Source of the DNA: Bacteroidales bacterium
GTDB lineage: Bacteria; Bacteroidota; Bacteroidia; Bacteroidales; VadinHA17
Length of the DNA stretch: 64,000 nucleotides
NCBI GenBank assembly: GCA_003141415.1
Contig: PLLX01000164.1
Span: 44,030-108,029 of the forward strand
Direction: 5' to 3'
Shown here in pieces: positions 7,367-15,732 of this stretch. Every line of letters starts with the position of its first letter. The first letter of the stretch is position 1. Under the pieces are notes generated by a model. The model was not told the origin of the DNA and made no database searches. It saw only the letters and a list, made by a program, of their open reading frames with translations. The position numbers were made by a program, and so were the translations under genes.

Positions 7367-10099
7367 CTAAAAATCAAAACTACAGGTAACAGATGGTATT
7401 GCTCTGCCAAAAACCGACAGTTTGTAACCGGTATATAAATCTCCCACCTTCTTGAAATATATTGAATAAACATTTTGTCTTCCCAAAAGATTGTATACTG
7501 AGAATGTCCAGTTTGGATGTACCATTCTATGTGATCTTAAATTTCCGTTCACCTGGAAAGAGAGATCCAGCCTCGAATAATCAGGGATCCTGTATTTATT
7601 CCTGTCGGAGTAGTGGACCAGTATGTCATCATACATCTGATATGTTGCAACCGGATATGTTATTGGCCGCCCAGTGCTCCATGTATAGTTCGATGAAATA
7701 CTGAACCTGCGGGAGAAGATATAATTAAACGTGATAATAAGATCATTCGGCTTATCAAAATTGGCAGGGAACCATTTGCCTGAATTAATAATTTCTTCAC
7801 TGAATGAGGTAACACTTTTAATAAATGTTCTTGAATAGGTATAGCCAATACTGTACCTGAGTTTTCCTTCGGTCTTTTTAAGTACAAGTTCCAGCCCGTA
7901 AGCTTTTCCTAATACATTTACTATATCTTTCTCAATATTTGCATCCATGATGAAGTCAGTACCTCCTTTAAAGTCAATCATATTCCTTATTGCCTTATAG
8001 TAAAGTTCGGCTGAAGCCTCGATGTTATTTCTGAAGAGCATTTCATAAAATCCGACCGCTACCTGGTCACCGATCTGTGGTTTCACGTAAGAATCACACA
8101 ACTTCCATGTATCAGTTGGTGATATTGATGTGGTATTTGAAAGCAGGTGCAGGTATTGCCGTGTTCTGTTATAATTGATCTTGAAAGAATTCTTGTTTGT
8201 TATCCTGAAATTCAGTGAGACTCTGAACTCAGGGCCGCCGTATTTACTCACAATCTCCCATGGTTTATAATTCAGTGTATCTGTAATCGTTGATAAGCTT
8301 TTTGAATATCCTGGATTATAAACCATTACACTCTGCGGACCAAATGTAAAGAAAGAAGACAATCGCATTCCTGCATTTACTGAAAGGAAATCGGTAAGCT
8401 GAAATTTATCATCGATATATAAGGCTCCCTCCCATGCCTTTTCTTTCCGGAGCGTATTAGGGACTACCAGTGATGAATCATTATATGGCTGATAGCTGCC
8501 AGGCACAACTGCGTATCGTGTAAGATCGAGACCAAAATTGATCTCATTTCTGCCTAGAAACCAGTTGAAGTCTGCCTTCAGTCCTGTGCTGTTTAATTTA
8601 TGGGAAAGAATAAAAGCCTCCGTTGTAAGATACTGACTCGAAATATCATAACTATAAGAGCTGTTATTAACTGAAAATGCTGAGAAGAACCTGCTGTTGA
8701 AGAAATGCCTCCACTTTAAAGCCAGGATAGTATTGTTATAACCGTAAGTTGTGTCAGAATTAAATTTGAAGCTATCGTGGCTTACATAAGCAGAGATATC
8801 TATTTTATTATTCTTATTAAAGTCATAGGTTATTTTGCCATTCAGGTCATAGAATGATGCCCTGCTATTGTGAAGTTCGGGGTTCTTTAACAATCCGAAT
8901 ATCCAGTTTGAATACGTGCTTCGAGCCGTGAAGATATAAGTGAGAGTATCTTTTATCAGCGGACCTTCCAACGATATATGGGCTGTAATAGGGCTTATAC
9001 CAACATTCCCTTCAAATTCTTTTCTGTTTCCTTCTTTTGATCCGATGTCGAGAACGGAGGAAATCCGCCCTCCATATCGGCTGGGGATTCCACCTTTATA
9101 TAATGTAACATCCTTTATTATATCGGAGTTGACTGCAGAAAAGAATCCAAAGAAATGTGAGGAATTGTATATAGGTGCCCCATAGAGAAGAATCAGGTTC
9201 TGGTCAGCAGACCCACCGCGTACGTTAAAACCGGCGGAGCCCTCTCCAACAGACTGAACACCAGGAATTAAGAGAACACTTTTTATTATATCTGATTCCC
9301 CCATCGATGTTGGCAACAACTTAAAAGAAGCTATGTTGATCTTTTCTGCTCCAACCTCAAATCGCTGGAGTGTTATACTTTTCTGTGCTGATACAACCGC
9401 TTCTTTTAAAGGAATTAAAACACTCTTCATATCAACATTTAGTTCCCCGGTTCCGTAAAGATTCAGATTGACAGTTTTCTCTCTCATACCGATGAATGAA
9501 AACTGGAGAAAGTGAATTCCCCTGGGTAAAGTCAGGGAGTAATAGCCAAATTCATTTGAAATTGTTCCCAGTGAGATTTTCTGAATGAAGACAGTTACAC
9601 CGGATACAGGTTCCTTAGTTTCTGAATTTCTGATATATCCTGAAAGGACAACATTTCCGGGTTTGTTCTTTTCAACCGGGTTCCCGACCTCAACAGATGC
9701 ATTTCCCTCGGTATGCTGGTTTTCACTAGTACCTCCAAATTCACCCGGCGGCAGGAAATTATTACCTTTTTCCGATGGCGCAACTAAAACTTTAATCGCA
9801 AACCTATTGGTTATCACTATATTTCCTGATTCTTCAATGATATAGTAAAGTGAGGTTCCTTTAAAAAGGTTATCGAGAAGGCATGATAAGCCCGAACAAT
9901 CCGGATAGTCCCCAATCTTCAGGTCGCGCACCCACTCCTCTTTATAGAAATATTTCACAGCAAAAAGCTTTTCAGTCCTTGCTGCAAATTGCTTGAAGGT
10001 AAGGTCCTTGAAATTCTCCGGCAATGTATATTTCTCCTGTGCTCTCAGCTTGTGAGATAATAGCAATAACAAAACCAGCAGAAGGATCTTTAATTTCAT
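7367..10099 (-). CDS. TonB-dependent receptor with N-terminal STN-like domain and CarboxypepD_reg domain (not obviously SusC/RagA type) (cassette A)
   Basis: 910 aa with a signal peptide. STN-like segment: DLTFKQFAARTEKLFAVKYFY...LLDNLFKGTSLYYIIEESGNIVIT. CarboxypepD_reg: VLSGYIRNSETKEPVSGVTVFI..TISNEFGYYSLTLPRG. Plug: MGESDIIKSVLLIPGVQS..FNVRGGSADQNLILLYGAPIYN...YKGGIPSRYGGRISSVLDI. Terminal aromatic residue ...SFDF. Confidence 0.9.
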   Translation of the reverse strand: MKLKILLLVLLLLLSHKLRAQEKYTLPENFKDLTFKQFAARTEKLFAVKYFYKEEWVRDLKIGDYPDCSGLSCLLDNLFKGTSLYYIIEESGNIVITNRFAIKVLVAPSEKGNNFLPPGEFGGTSENQHTEGNASVEVGNPVEKNKPGNVVLSGYIRNSETKEPVSGVTVFIQKISLGTISNEFGYYSLTLPRGIHFLQFSFIGMREKTVNLNLYGTGELNVDMKSVLIPLKEAVVSAQKSITLQRFEVGAEKINIASFKLLPTSMGESDIIKSVLLIPGVQSVGEGSAGFNVRGGSADQNLILLYGAPIYNSSHFFGFFSAVNSDIIKDVTLYKGGIPSRYGGRISSVLDIGSKEGNRKEFEGNVGISPITAHISLEGPLIKDTLTYIFTARSTYSNWIFGLLKNPELHNSRASFYDLNGKITYDFNKNNKIDISAYVSHDSFKFNSDTTYGYNNTILALKWRHFFNSRFFSAFSVNNSSYSYDISSQYLTTEAFILSHKLNSTGLKADFNWFLGRNEINFGLDLTRYAVVPGSYQPYNDSSLVVPNTLRKEKAWEGALYIDDKFQLTDFLSVNAGMRLSSFFTFGPQSVMVYNPGYSKSLSTITDTLNYKPWEIVSKYGGPEFRVSLNFRITNKNSFKINYNRTRQYLHLLSNTTSISPTDTWKLCDSYVKPQIGDQVAVGFYEMLFRNNIEASAELYYKAIRNMIDFKGGTDFIMDANIEKDIVNVLGKAYGLELVLKKTEGKLRYSIGYTYSRTFIKSVTSFSEEIINSGKWFPANFDKPNDLIITFNYIFSRRFSISSNYTWSTGRPITYPVATYQMYDDILVHYSDRNKYRIPDYSRLDLSFQVNGNLRSHRMVHPNWTFSVYNLLGRQNVYSIYFKKVGDLYTGYKLSVFGRAIPSVTCSFDF

Positions 10100-10109
10100 A
10101 GGTAAAGGT

Positions 10110-10826
10110 CTATTGGTTCAGACTATCGTAATACCGGATAACAGGAATAAAGCTTTCGGGATTTTTTTCTGTAATGTCCAGTTTATTTTTTTTAATGAAA
10201 CTTTTAATCAAAGCTTTATCTTCAATTAAAACCTTCAATAAATCACTTTTACGCCTGATCGTATAAACTATATTATCTTTCACAAAACAGATCCGGATTA
10301 ACTGATAAAACTTATCATATTTACCTTCAACGGCGAGCTTTCCAATTTTTTTAGTGTACTTAAGATAAAGGCCTGTCCTGCCTTTATACAAAACATTAAA
10401 ATATCTTTGTGATCCTTTCAAACTATCATCCTGCAACTTGATAAACTGATATGTCTTATTTTGAAAGGAAATAGAAAAACTGTCAACCATCTCCTTGTTC
10501 AGTTGCAATATTCCTCCCGGGTCGACCGGGGTCAGGATTTCATCAGCAAATAAATCATACTTAAGAGGGATATTTGTAAATGTTTTACCTCTAACTGACA
10601 ATGATCCCGGCAGAAACTCTTTTGAAAAAAGAAATTGATCGTCCTGCACCAGATAATAAATGTTCCTCCATAATCTGCCATTATAAAGAACCTGATTTTC
10701 TTTAATTGAATCCTGCAAACCTGTATTAATGTAGAGTTGCCCGTAATAGCCTCGGGCGATGCCAAAAAGGTCGGACCCGGTAAAAAAGACAAAAAAGATA
10801 AGGATTAGTATAATAAATCTGCGCAT
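10110..10826 (-). CDS. Secreted 238-aa protein of unknown function, first gene of cassette A
   Basis: Signal peptide. Paralogue of 18465-19178, with shared blocks ENQ(V/I)LYNG(R/K)(L/V)WRN.YY, DQFLFSK, ILQLNKEMVDSFS and PESFIPVIRYYD. I recognise no known family. Confidence 0.6.
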   Translation of the reverse strand: MRRFIILILIFFVFFTGSDLFGIARGYYGQLYINTGLQDSIKENQVLYNGRLWRNIYYLVQDDQFLFSKEFLPGSLSVRGKTFTNIPLKYDLFADEILTPVDPGGILQLNKEMVDSFSISFQNKTYQFIKLQDDSLKGSQRYFNVLYKGRTGLYLKYTKKIGKLAVEGKYDKFYQLIRICFVKDNIVYTIRRKSDLLKVLIEDKALIKSFIKKNKLDITEKNPESFIPVIRYYDSLNQ

Positions 10827-10934
10827 TGACTAGCCTTCATGAAATTTCGTGAGAATCAGATTCCAGAATTGATTGAAAAAAGTCTTTAAAATTAAGAAAA
10901 AGTTAACTGGGCTCTTCAATTCATGTCAAATAAA

Positions 10935-11888
10935 TCAGATTAGTTGATACTTTCTCAGATAGCCGCTAATGAAATCCGTATCCTTTTTAAGTTTCCTGAC
11001 AATTATTTCCTGTTGCTGAATCAGTGAAAGCTTTTCTTCACCTTGTTCGAGCAACGGATACTCTATATGCAGAGTTATTGGAGCAAGTATATTGAGTTCC
11101 TTCACCATTTTAAAGTAGAGGTCCCAGTCAATCATCCCTTCACCCAGAGGGACAGAGACAGGTTCTGGTTTGCCTCCTGCAGTTTTCCACATAAAATCTT
11201 TTATTGCCAGAGTTTTTATATGGCTGGCTATCAGACGCATACCGATCATCCATGTATCGGTACCTTCTACCATTGCATGCCGTACATCATATTGACTGCC
11301 TAAAAATTCCGGTTGAAAATCTCGAAGAAGTTCATGCAAATCCCATACCGGTCCGCCTACCCATTCTCCGGAGTGGTTCTGATAACCACCATGAATCTTA
11401 TATTTCCGGTTAAGTTCAGCTATATCAATTAAACTGGTTCTGTATTTCTGAAGTGTCTCCCATATACCACTTTTATAATCATATTCAAACCAACCCAGTC
11501 TATAGTATTTTACACCGGAATCTGAAGCGGTCCTTAATATATTTTCAGTATAAGGATCTGCAGCAGAAACTATTCCTGTAACTATCATGTCAGTTACCAG
11601 ATGGAATTTACCAGCCGTGTGAATAAGTTTCGGTAAAGATGTTTCAACCGCTCCCGGCTCAACTTTTCCTCCCGGACGAACTGTCAGGTCGATTCCTCCA
11701 ATTCCTGATCTGGCAATACAATCGCATATAAAATCAAAATCATAGTTATCAAGAGGCTTAGAAAACAAACTTATTGGGTAGCGGACTTTACCCTGTTCAG
11801 GCAGCCACGATTTAAGGTCCGATAATAAAGGTACAGCAATACTGCCAACTGCCATTGTCGAAATGAATTTTCTCCTGTTCTGTATCAT
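10935..11888 (-). CDS. Tat-exported sugar phosphate isomerase/epimerase-like protein (xylose isomerase-like TIM barrel)
   Basis: The N-terminus MIQNRRKFISTMAVGSIAVP is a twin-arginine signal. The body has the pattern of AP_endonuc_2 / xylose-isomerase-like TIM barrels (GGIDLTVRPGG, YYRLGWFEY, GGYQNHSGE, ITLHIEYP). Confidence 0.7.
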   Translation of the reverse strand: MIQNRRKFISTMAVGSIAVPLLSDLKSWLPEQGKVRYPISLFSKPLDNYDFDFICDCIARSGIGGIDLTVRPGGKVEPGAVETSLPKLIHTAGKFHLVTDMIVTGIVSAADPYTENILRTASDSGVKYYRLGWFEYDYKSGIWETLQKYRTSLIDIAELNRKYKIHGGYQNHSGEWVGGPVWDLHELLRDFQPEFLGSQYDVRHAMVEGTDTWMIGMRLIASHIKTLAIKDFMWKTAGGKPEPVSVPLGEGMIDWDLYFKMVKELNILAPITLHIEYPLLEQGEEKLSLIQQQEIIVRKLKKDTDFISGYLRKYQLI

Positions 11889-11899
11889 TTGAATATATT

Positions 11900-12259
11900 T
11901 TAATAAATCCGGAAGACCTTGAGTGTTTGGTCTATTCTATACTTCCGGTTAAATACTTTTGATGATGATTTATCATCTGATATGCTTACTGTACATCCTG
12001 TCAATGGTTGTGGGTAGCTTTGTACTCCAAGAGGCATTGATGTCGAAACTTTAATTGTATTTTGCCCTGGTTGGTCAGTTATAAGACCCTCAACAACAAG
12101 TAAATTCTGGTTCACTGTAGTTTCTGGAATAAACTGTTCAATACAACTGTTAATCAGTAATACTAATGTAAAAAAAAGAGCTAGCCGCAGAAGTTTAATT
12201 GGCAAATATCTTATTATCAATTGTCTGCTTGAATAGCCGTATTTGAAAATAATATTCAT
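11900..12259 (-). pseudogene. Truncated DUF4249 relic (N-terminal ~95 residues only)
   Basis: LINSCIEQFIPETTVNQNLLVVEGLITDQPGQNTIKVSTSMPLG...LTGCTVSISDD aligns with the N-terminus of 14578-15732 (NSCITPFIPKTNEDKELLVVEGLITDQPGANTIKLSKSLPLG...VKGCTVTISDD). Homology then stops, and the ORF ends about 290 residues short of the full copies. Confidence 0.55.
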
Positions 12260-12365
12260 TTAGTAACTTTTGAAACCCAGGAGGATTTCATATTAGATCC
12301 AAAAGCTAAAACTTAATGTAACTTATTGAAAATAGTAGCCAGACACTGACAATTTGAGCCGTTTA

Positions 12366-14552
12366 TTATCTCTTTACCTTAATGATTTTTTTAATCGTGA
12401 ATGTTTTGCCTTCCGGCGTAATGCCCTGAATATTAACTTCTAAGTCAGAAACAAAATCTGATGTCCAAAACTCAACTCTGGCTACACCCTCCTTATCCGG
12501 TTTAACAGATGGATTCCAATAAAGTGTATTTCTGAAATCAGGGATCCGGCTTTTCTTCAATTCCACCGATGAATAATCAGGCGACTTAAAGGAACATACA
12601 GGATCTATCACTCTGTAAGGTAATCTGATAGCATAATCGGGAAGAGTTGCATTGCTGAAATCTCCGGCCTTTGTTATGATGTTCACTAATCCGTAGAATA
12701 AGTAATCACCAACAGAATATCTTCCTCTTATTACATCTATTTTTTCAACCAGTTCAGGATCAATTCCGGCTATAATAGATGGATCTTTAACCGCTACACC
12801 ATCAATAAACAACCCGGGAGGTATATCGAATGGTTTATTATTGTTATCTGGATCTGCTATTGTTATCTCATAACTAGATTTTTTACTCTTCAAAGAGACA
12901 CCGGCTAAAAGTTCAAAGAAGACTTCCTGCATTACAGGTAAAGTAATGTAATCTTTCATATTCAATTCAATATCCGGCTTTCCATAAAATCGTTTGTTCC
13001 TTGGTATTGTAATTAATGGAGTCAGAGTGTCTCCAACGGAAGAGGTGCCATATATTTTCCTTACCTGATGATTTACGCTCCACGATGAAATATAATCAGG
13101 AATAGTTTTTTTGCTTGAATCAACTGATATATCTGATTTAATATACTGATCCGAAAATGGGGATTCAATATGCAGAGATTGGTTTTTGGTAACAACATCA
13201 GGCTGGATAATTAACTCTTTAACCTTTTCATCAATATGAATTCTGAAGCTGAAATTCCCTTCCTTATCTGTTTTGGCATATTGAAAAACAGCTATTTTAC
13301 CGGGAGGTGATAATAATACAAACTTATCAGAATCTCCTGCTTTCGTATTACCGGTCAAAAGCTTTCCTGACAGGTAATGATCATCTTTTTCGATCTGGTA
13401 CTTATATACAGGTAGTTCATCTGCCAGAATTACGTTCCAGTCTATCCAGTTGCTTTTCACAGTTTGAAGAAGGCTATCAATGACTTCGGGAGTAATCTTG
13501 TTATCTTTTTGGTTTTTTAGTTCACTCCCATGAAACAATCCAAATTCTGTACCAAAGACCAAATAATCATTTATATCCATTGTATAATGATTATTTGTTA
13601 CAGGTGCAACTGAAATACTTAAATTTGTTGAATTCGCTGCTGTGGTTAATCCACTCCCAAACTTCAAATCCAAAGATATTTTATTCCTGAGCCCGGAGCT
13701 GTCGGCCGAATGAATAGTTATAACAGGATTCACCTTATCAGGTGTGTATATGAACCTTTCATCTACGGGCTGGCCTTTTGAATTAAAAATCGTTATCTGA
13801 TTGATACCGGCTGACAACTGTTTTTTAGGGATAACTATCTTCGTGTATTCATCACTAATCCCCTCAGAACTTACACGGTTAATATTTCCATGTGTCTGAA
13901 TAAATAAATAAAACTGATTACTATTCTCAGTGCGGTATTTTTGATTGGTTACTACATCGATTTCCAGAACATCTGGTTTTAAATTATCTACGTTCAGAGT
14001 CAGGCCGGTATTTGCAGGGAGGGGAAAATTATTGGTGTTTACACCTCCCGTAAATATTTTCCCATAATTCTTTTTTTCTTTTAGTGCCCGGAAACTAAAT
14101 GCATTATAAATATGAATATCCTTCGTGAAGCAATTATAAGGAAGAAAATTTTTCATCCAACTGGTATATGCCCTGATTGTATATATACCGGTACTTAATG
14201 TGTCAGGCAGAACAATTTGTCCGGGACCAAAACCACCATCAAGCCAGATCTTCTTTTGCACAATCGGACGGTTTTCAGAATTAAGAAGTTCGATGTATGC
14301 AATTTTACTCTCCGATGAAGGTTTTAAACTTTTTCTGTCAATCAAATAGATATTAAACCAAAGATCTTCTCCTGAAATGTACTCATCCCTGTCAGAGTGA
14401 ACATATATTTCTTCTCTCGGAACTGATGTGGTATAATTTAGAAACTTTTTACTTAGATAATCTGTCATATTCATTGGCACCTGACCACATATTCCTTGCA
14501 GAAACAAGATATGTATCAGAAAAAGAATCGACGGTTTTAGTTTTATTATCAT
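12366..14552 (-). CDS. Secreted 728-aa MG2-like / CarboxypepD_reg-like / plug-like protein without barrel; function unknown (cassette B)
   Basis: Paralogue of 2822-5002. Identical runs include GPGQIVLPDTLSTGIYTIRAYTSWMKNFLPYNCF. Plug-like segment: LPVMQEVFFELLAGVSL...FIDGVAVKDPSIIAGIDPELVEKIDVIRGRYSVGDYLFYGLVNIITKAG. Confidence 0.6.
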   Translation of the reverse strand: MIIKLKPSILFLIHILFLQGICGQVPMNMTDYLSKKFLNYTTSVPREEIYVHSDRDEYISGEDLWFNIYLIDRKSLKPSSESKIAYIELLNSENRPIVQKKIWLDGGFGPGQIVLPDTLSTGIYTIRAYTSWMKNFLPYNCFTKDIHIYNAFSFRALKEKKNYGKIFTGGVNTNNFPLPANTGLTLNVDNLKPDVLEIDVVTNQKYRTENSNQFYLFIQTHGNINRVSSEGISDEYTKIVIPKKQLSAGINQITIFNSKGQPVDERFIYTPDKVNPVITIHSADSSGLRNKISLDLKFGSGLTTAANSTNLSISVAPVTNNHYTMDINDYLVFGTEFGLFHGSELKNQKDNKITPEVIDSLLQTVKSNWIDWNVILADELPVYKYQIEKDDHYLSGKLLTGNTKAGDSDKFVLLSPPGKIAVFQYAKTDKEGNFSFRIHIDEKVKELIIQPDVVTKNQSLHIESPFSDQYIKSDISVDSSKKTIPDYISSWSVNHQVRKIYGTSSVGDTLTPLITIPRNKRFYGKPDIELNMKDYITLPVMQEVFFELLAGVSLKSKKSSYEITIADPDNNNKPFDIPPGLFIDGVAVKDPSIIAGIDPELVEKIDVIRGRYSVGDYLFYGLVNIITKAGDFSNATLPDYAIRLPYRVIDPVCSFKSPDYSSVELKKSRIPDFRNTLYWNPSVKPDKEGVARVEFWTSDFVSDLEVNIQGITPEGKTFTIKKIIKVKR

Positions 14553-14577
14553 TTATAATGCTTTGGTAGATAATTCG

Positions 14578-15732
14578 TTAGTTATTCTCTGTCCAGAAAT
14601 CAGGTGGTACATTTGTACCTCTTACAGTGCAATCATAACAACCCTTGGTACGAGTGATTACTTGAAAGCCTGGAGGTGGTGTCGGCTGATCTATGATTAC
14701 CCATACCCAGATATTCAGATTTGGAATAGCGGCACCGCCGAAAATGGTATCAGCAATACACACAGCATCAGTATATGGGTTGACCACTCCTGCAAAATGA
14801 TCTCTTATGAAAATTCTTTTGGATGATCTGGCTGAAACGCTGAAATAACCCTGTACTTTTTCATTTGGATCATCAAGACAATAAACATTGCTGGGAACAG
14901 CTGATGGTATCATATCATAAAGGCCGCCTACCTGTTCTGAAAGATTTTGCAGTTTCTCCCAATAAAGGTATTCATCCTCATTCAGGGAATATTGGTTCAC
15001 CAAAATACTGTATTTTACTCTCAACCTGTCTGTTTCGTTCGAAATAAAGTTTAAGGGATACTGTTCGATCTTATCTTCCGCAATAATAGACGTGTTCTTG
15101 ATATTAATCATGTCAGAATTATCTGATATCCAGCATATCTTGTTTGGAACAGTATATGGAAGAATGAATTCCCATGTTTCAGTAAATTCCCAACGGTAAA
15201 ACTTACAATGGTTTGTAGGATCATGGGTATTTAAGTAAACCTGGCAGCCCTCCTGACTTGCTGAGTTGCCGGAACCTTCCTGAATAGTAACTTTCTGGTA
15301 ATATATGCTGTCGATTGGTGGGACAGGTTTCATCTCAATTGGGTCTGATTCGTAATTATGATTATTATCAGACGCGTTTATATTGATATGCAACGTATAG
15401 AATCGTCCTACTACACCCTGAAATATTGAAGGGTCGGTAACATATGTCCCGGCAACTGTCTCTGATAAACTGAATGTGTTGTTAAGATCATCGGAAATAG
15501 TGACAGTGCATCCCTTAACAGGTGTTGCAACGTTCCTTGTTCCAAGAGGAAGGGATTTTGACAGTTTAATAGTATTTGCACCCGGTTGGTCTGTTATCAA
15601 ACCTTCAACAACAAGTAATTCCTTATCCTCATTTGTTTTGGGAATAAACGGCGTTATACAACTGTTATCAAAAACCAATAATGATAGTAATAATAATTGC
15701 CTGATATGCTTCATAAATAATTTAAAAGTCAA
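14578..15732 (-). CDS. DUF4249-family lipoprotein (cassette B)
   Basis: Lipobox VFDNSC and the same block structure as 5028-6161 and 6168-7361. C-terminal GCYDCTVRGTNVPPDFW. The annotated start overlaps the receptor stop by 11 nt; an internal Met (MKHIRQ) avoids the overlap. Confidence 0.7.
   Translation of the reverse strand: MTFKLFMKHIRQLLLLSLLVFDNSCITPFIPKTNEDKELLVVEGLITDQPGANTIKLSKSLPLGTRNVATPVKGCTVTISDDLNNTFSLSETVAGTYVTDPSIFQGVVGRFYTLHININASDNNHNYESDPIEMKPVPPIDSIYYQKVTIQEGSGNSASQEGCQVYLNTHDPTNHCKFYRWEFTETWEFILPYTVPNKICWISDNSDMINIKNTSIIAEDKIEQYPLNFISNETDRLRVKYSILVNQYSLNEDEYLYWEKLQNLSEQVGGLYDMIPSAVPSNVYCLDDPNEKVQGYFSVSARSSKRIFIRDHFAGVVNPYTDAVCIADTIFGGAAIPNLNIWVWVIIDQPTPPPGFQVITRTKGCYDCTVRGTNVPPDFWTENN

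Larger units (their letters stand above)
2822..10826 (-). repeat. Segmental duplication, copy A of the four-gene outer-membrane cassette (five genes here because DUF4249 is doubled)
   Basis: Gene-for-gene paralogy with 12366-19178. Long identical amino-acid runs (for example 95 residues in the receptor plug) are encoded by visibly different codons. Confidence 0.85.

Noticed and set aside
12260-12365. The spacers upstream of the cassette genes (12260-12365, 10827-10934, 19179-19322), as possible conserved regulatory boxes shared by the two cassette copies.
   Set aside because: By eye, the two cassette-upstream regions (10827-10934 and 19179-19322) show no convincing shared motif beyond AT-richness. 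A motif search (for example MEME) would be needed before claiming anything.
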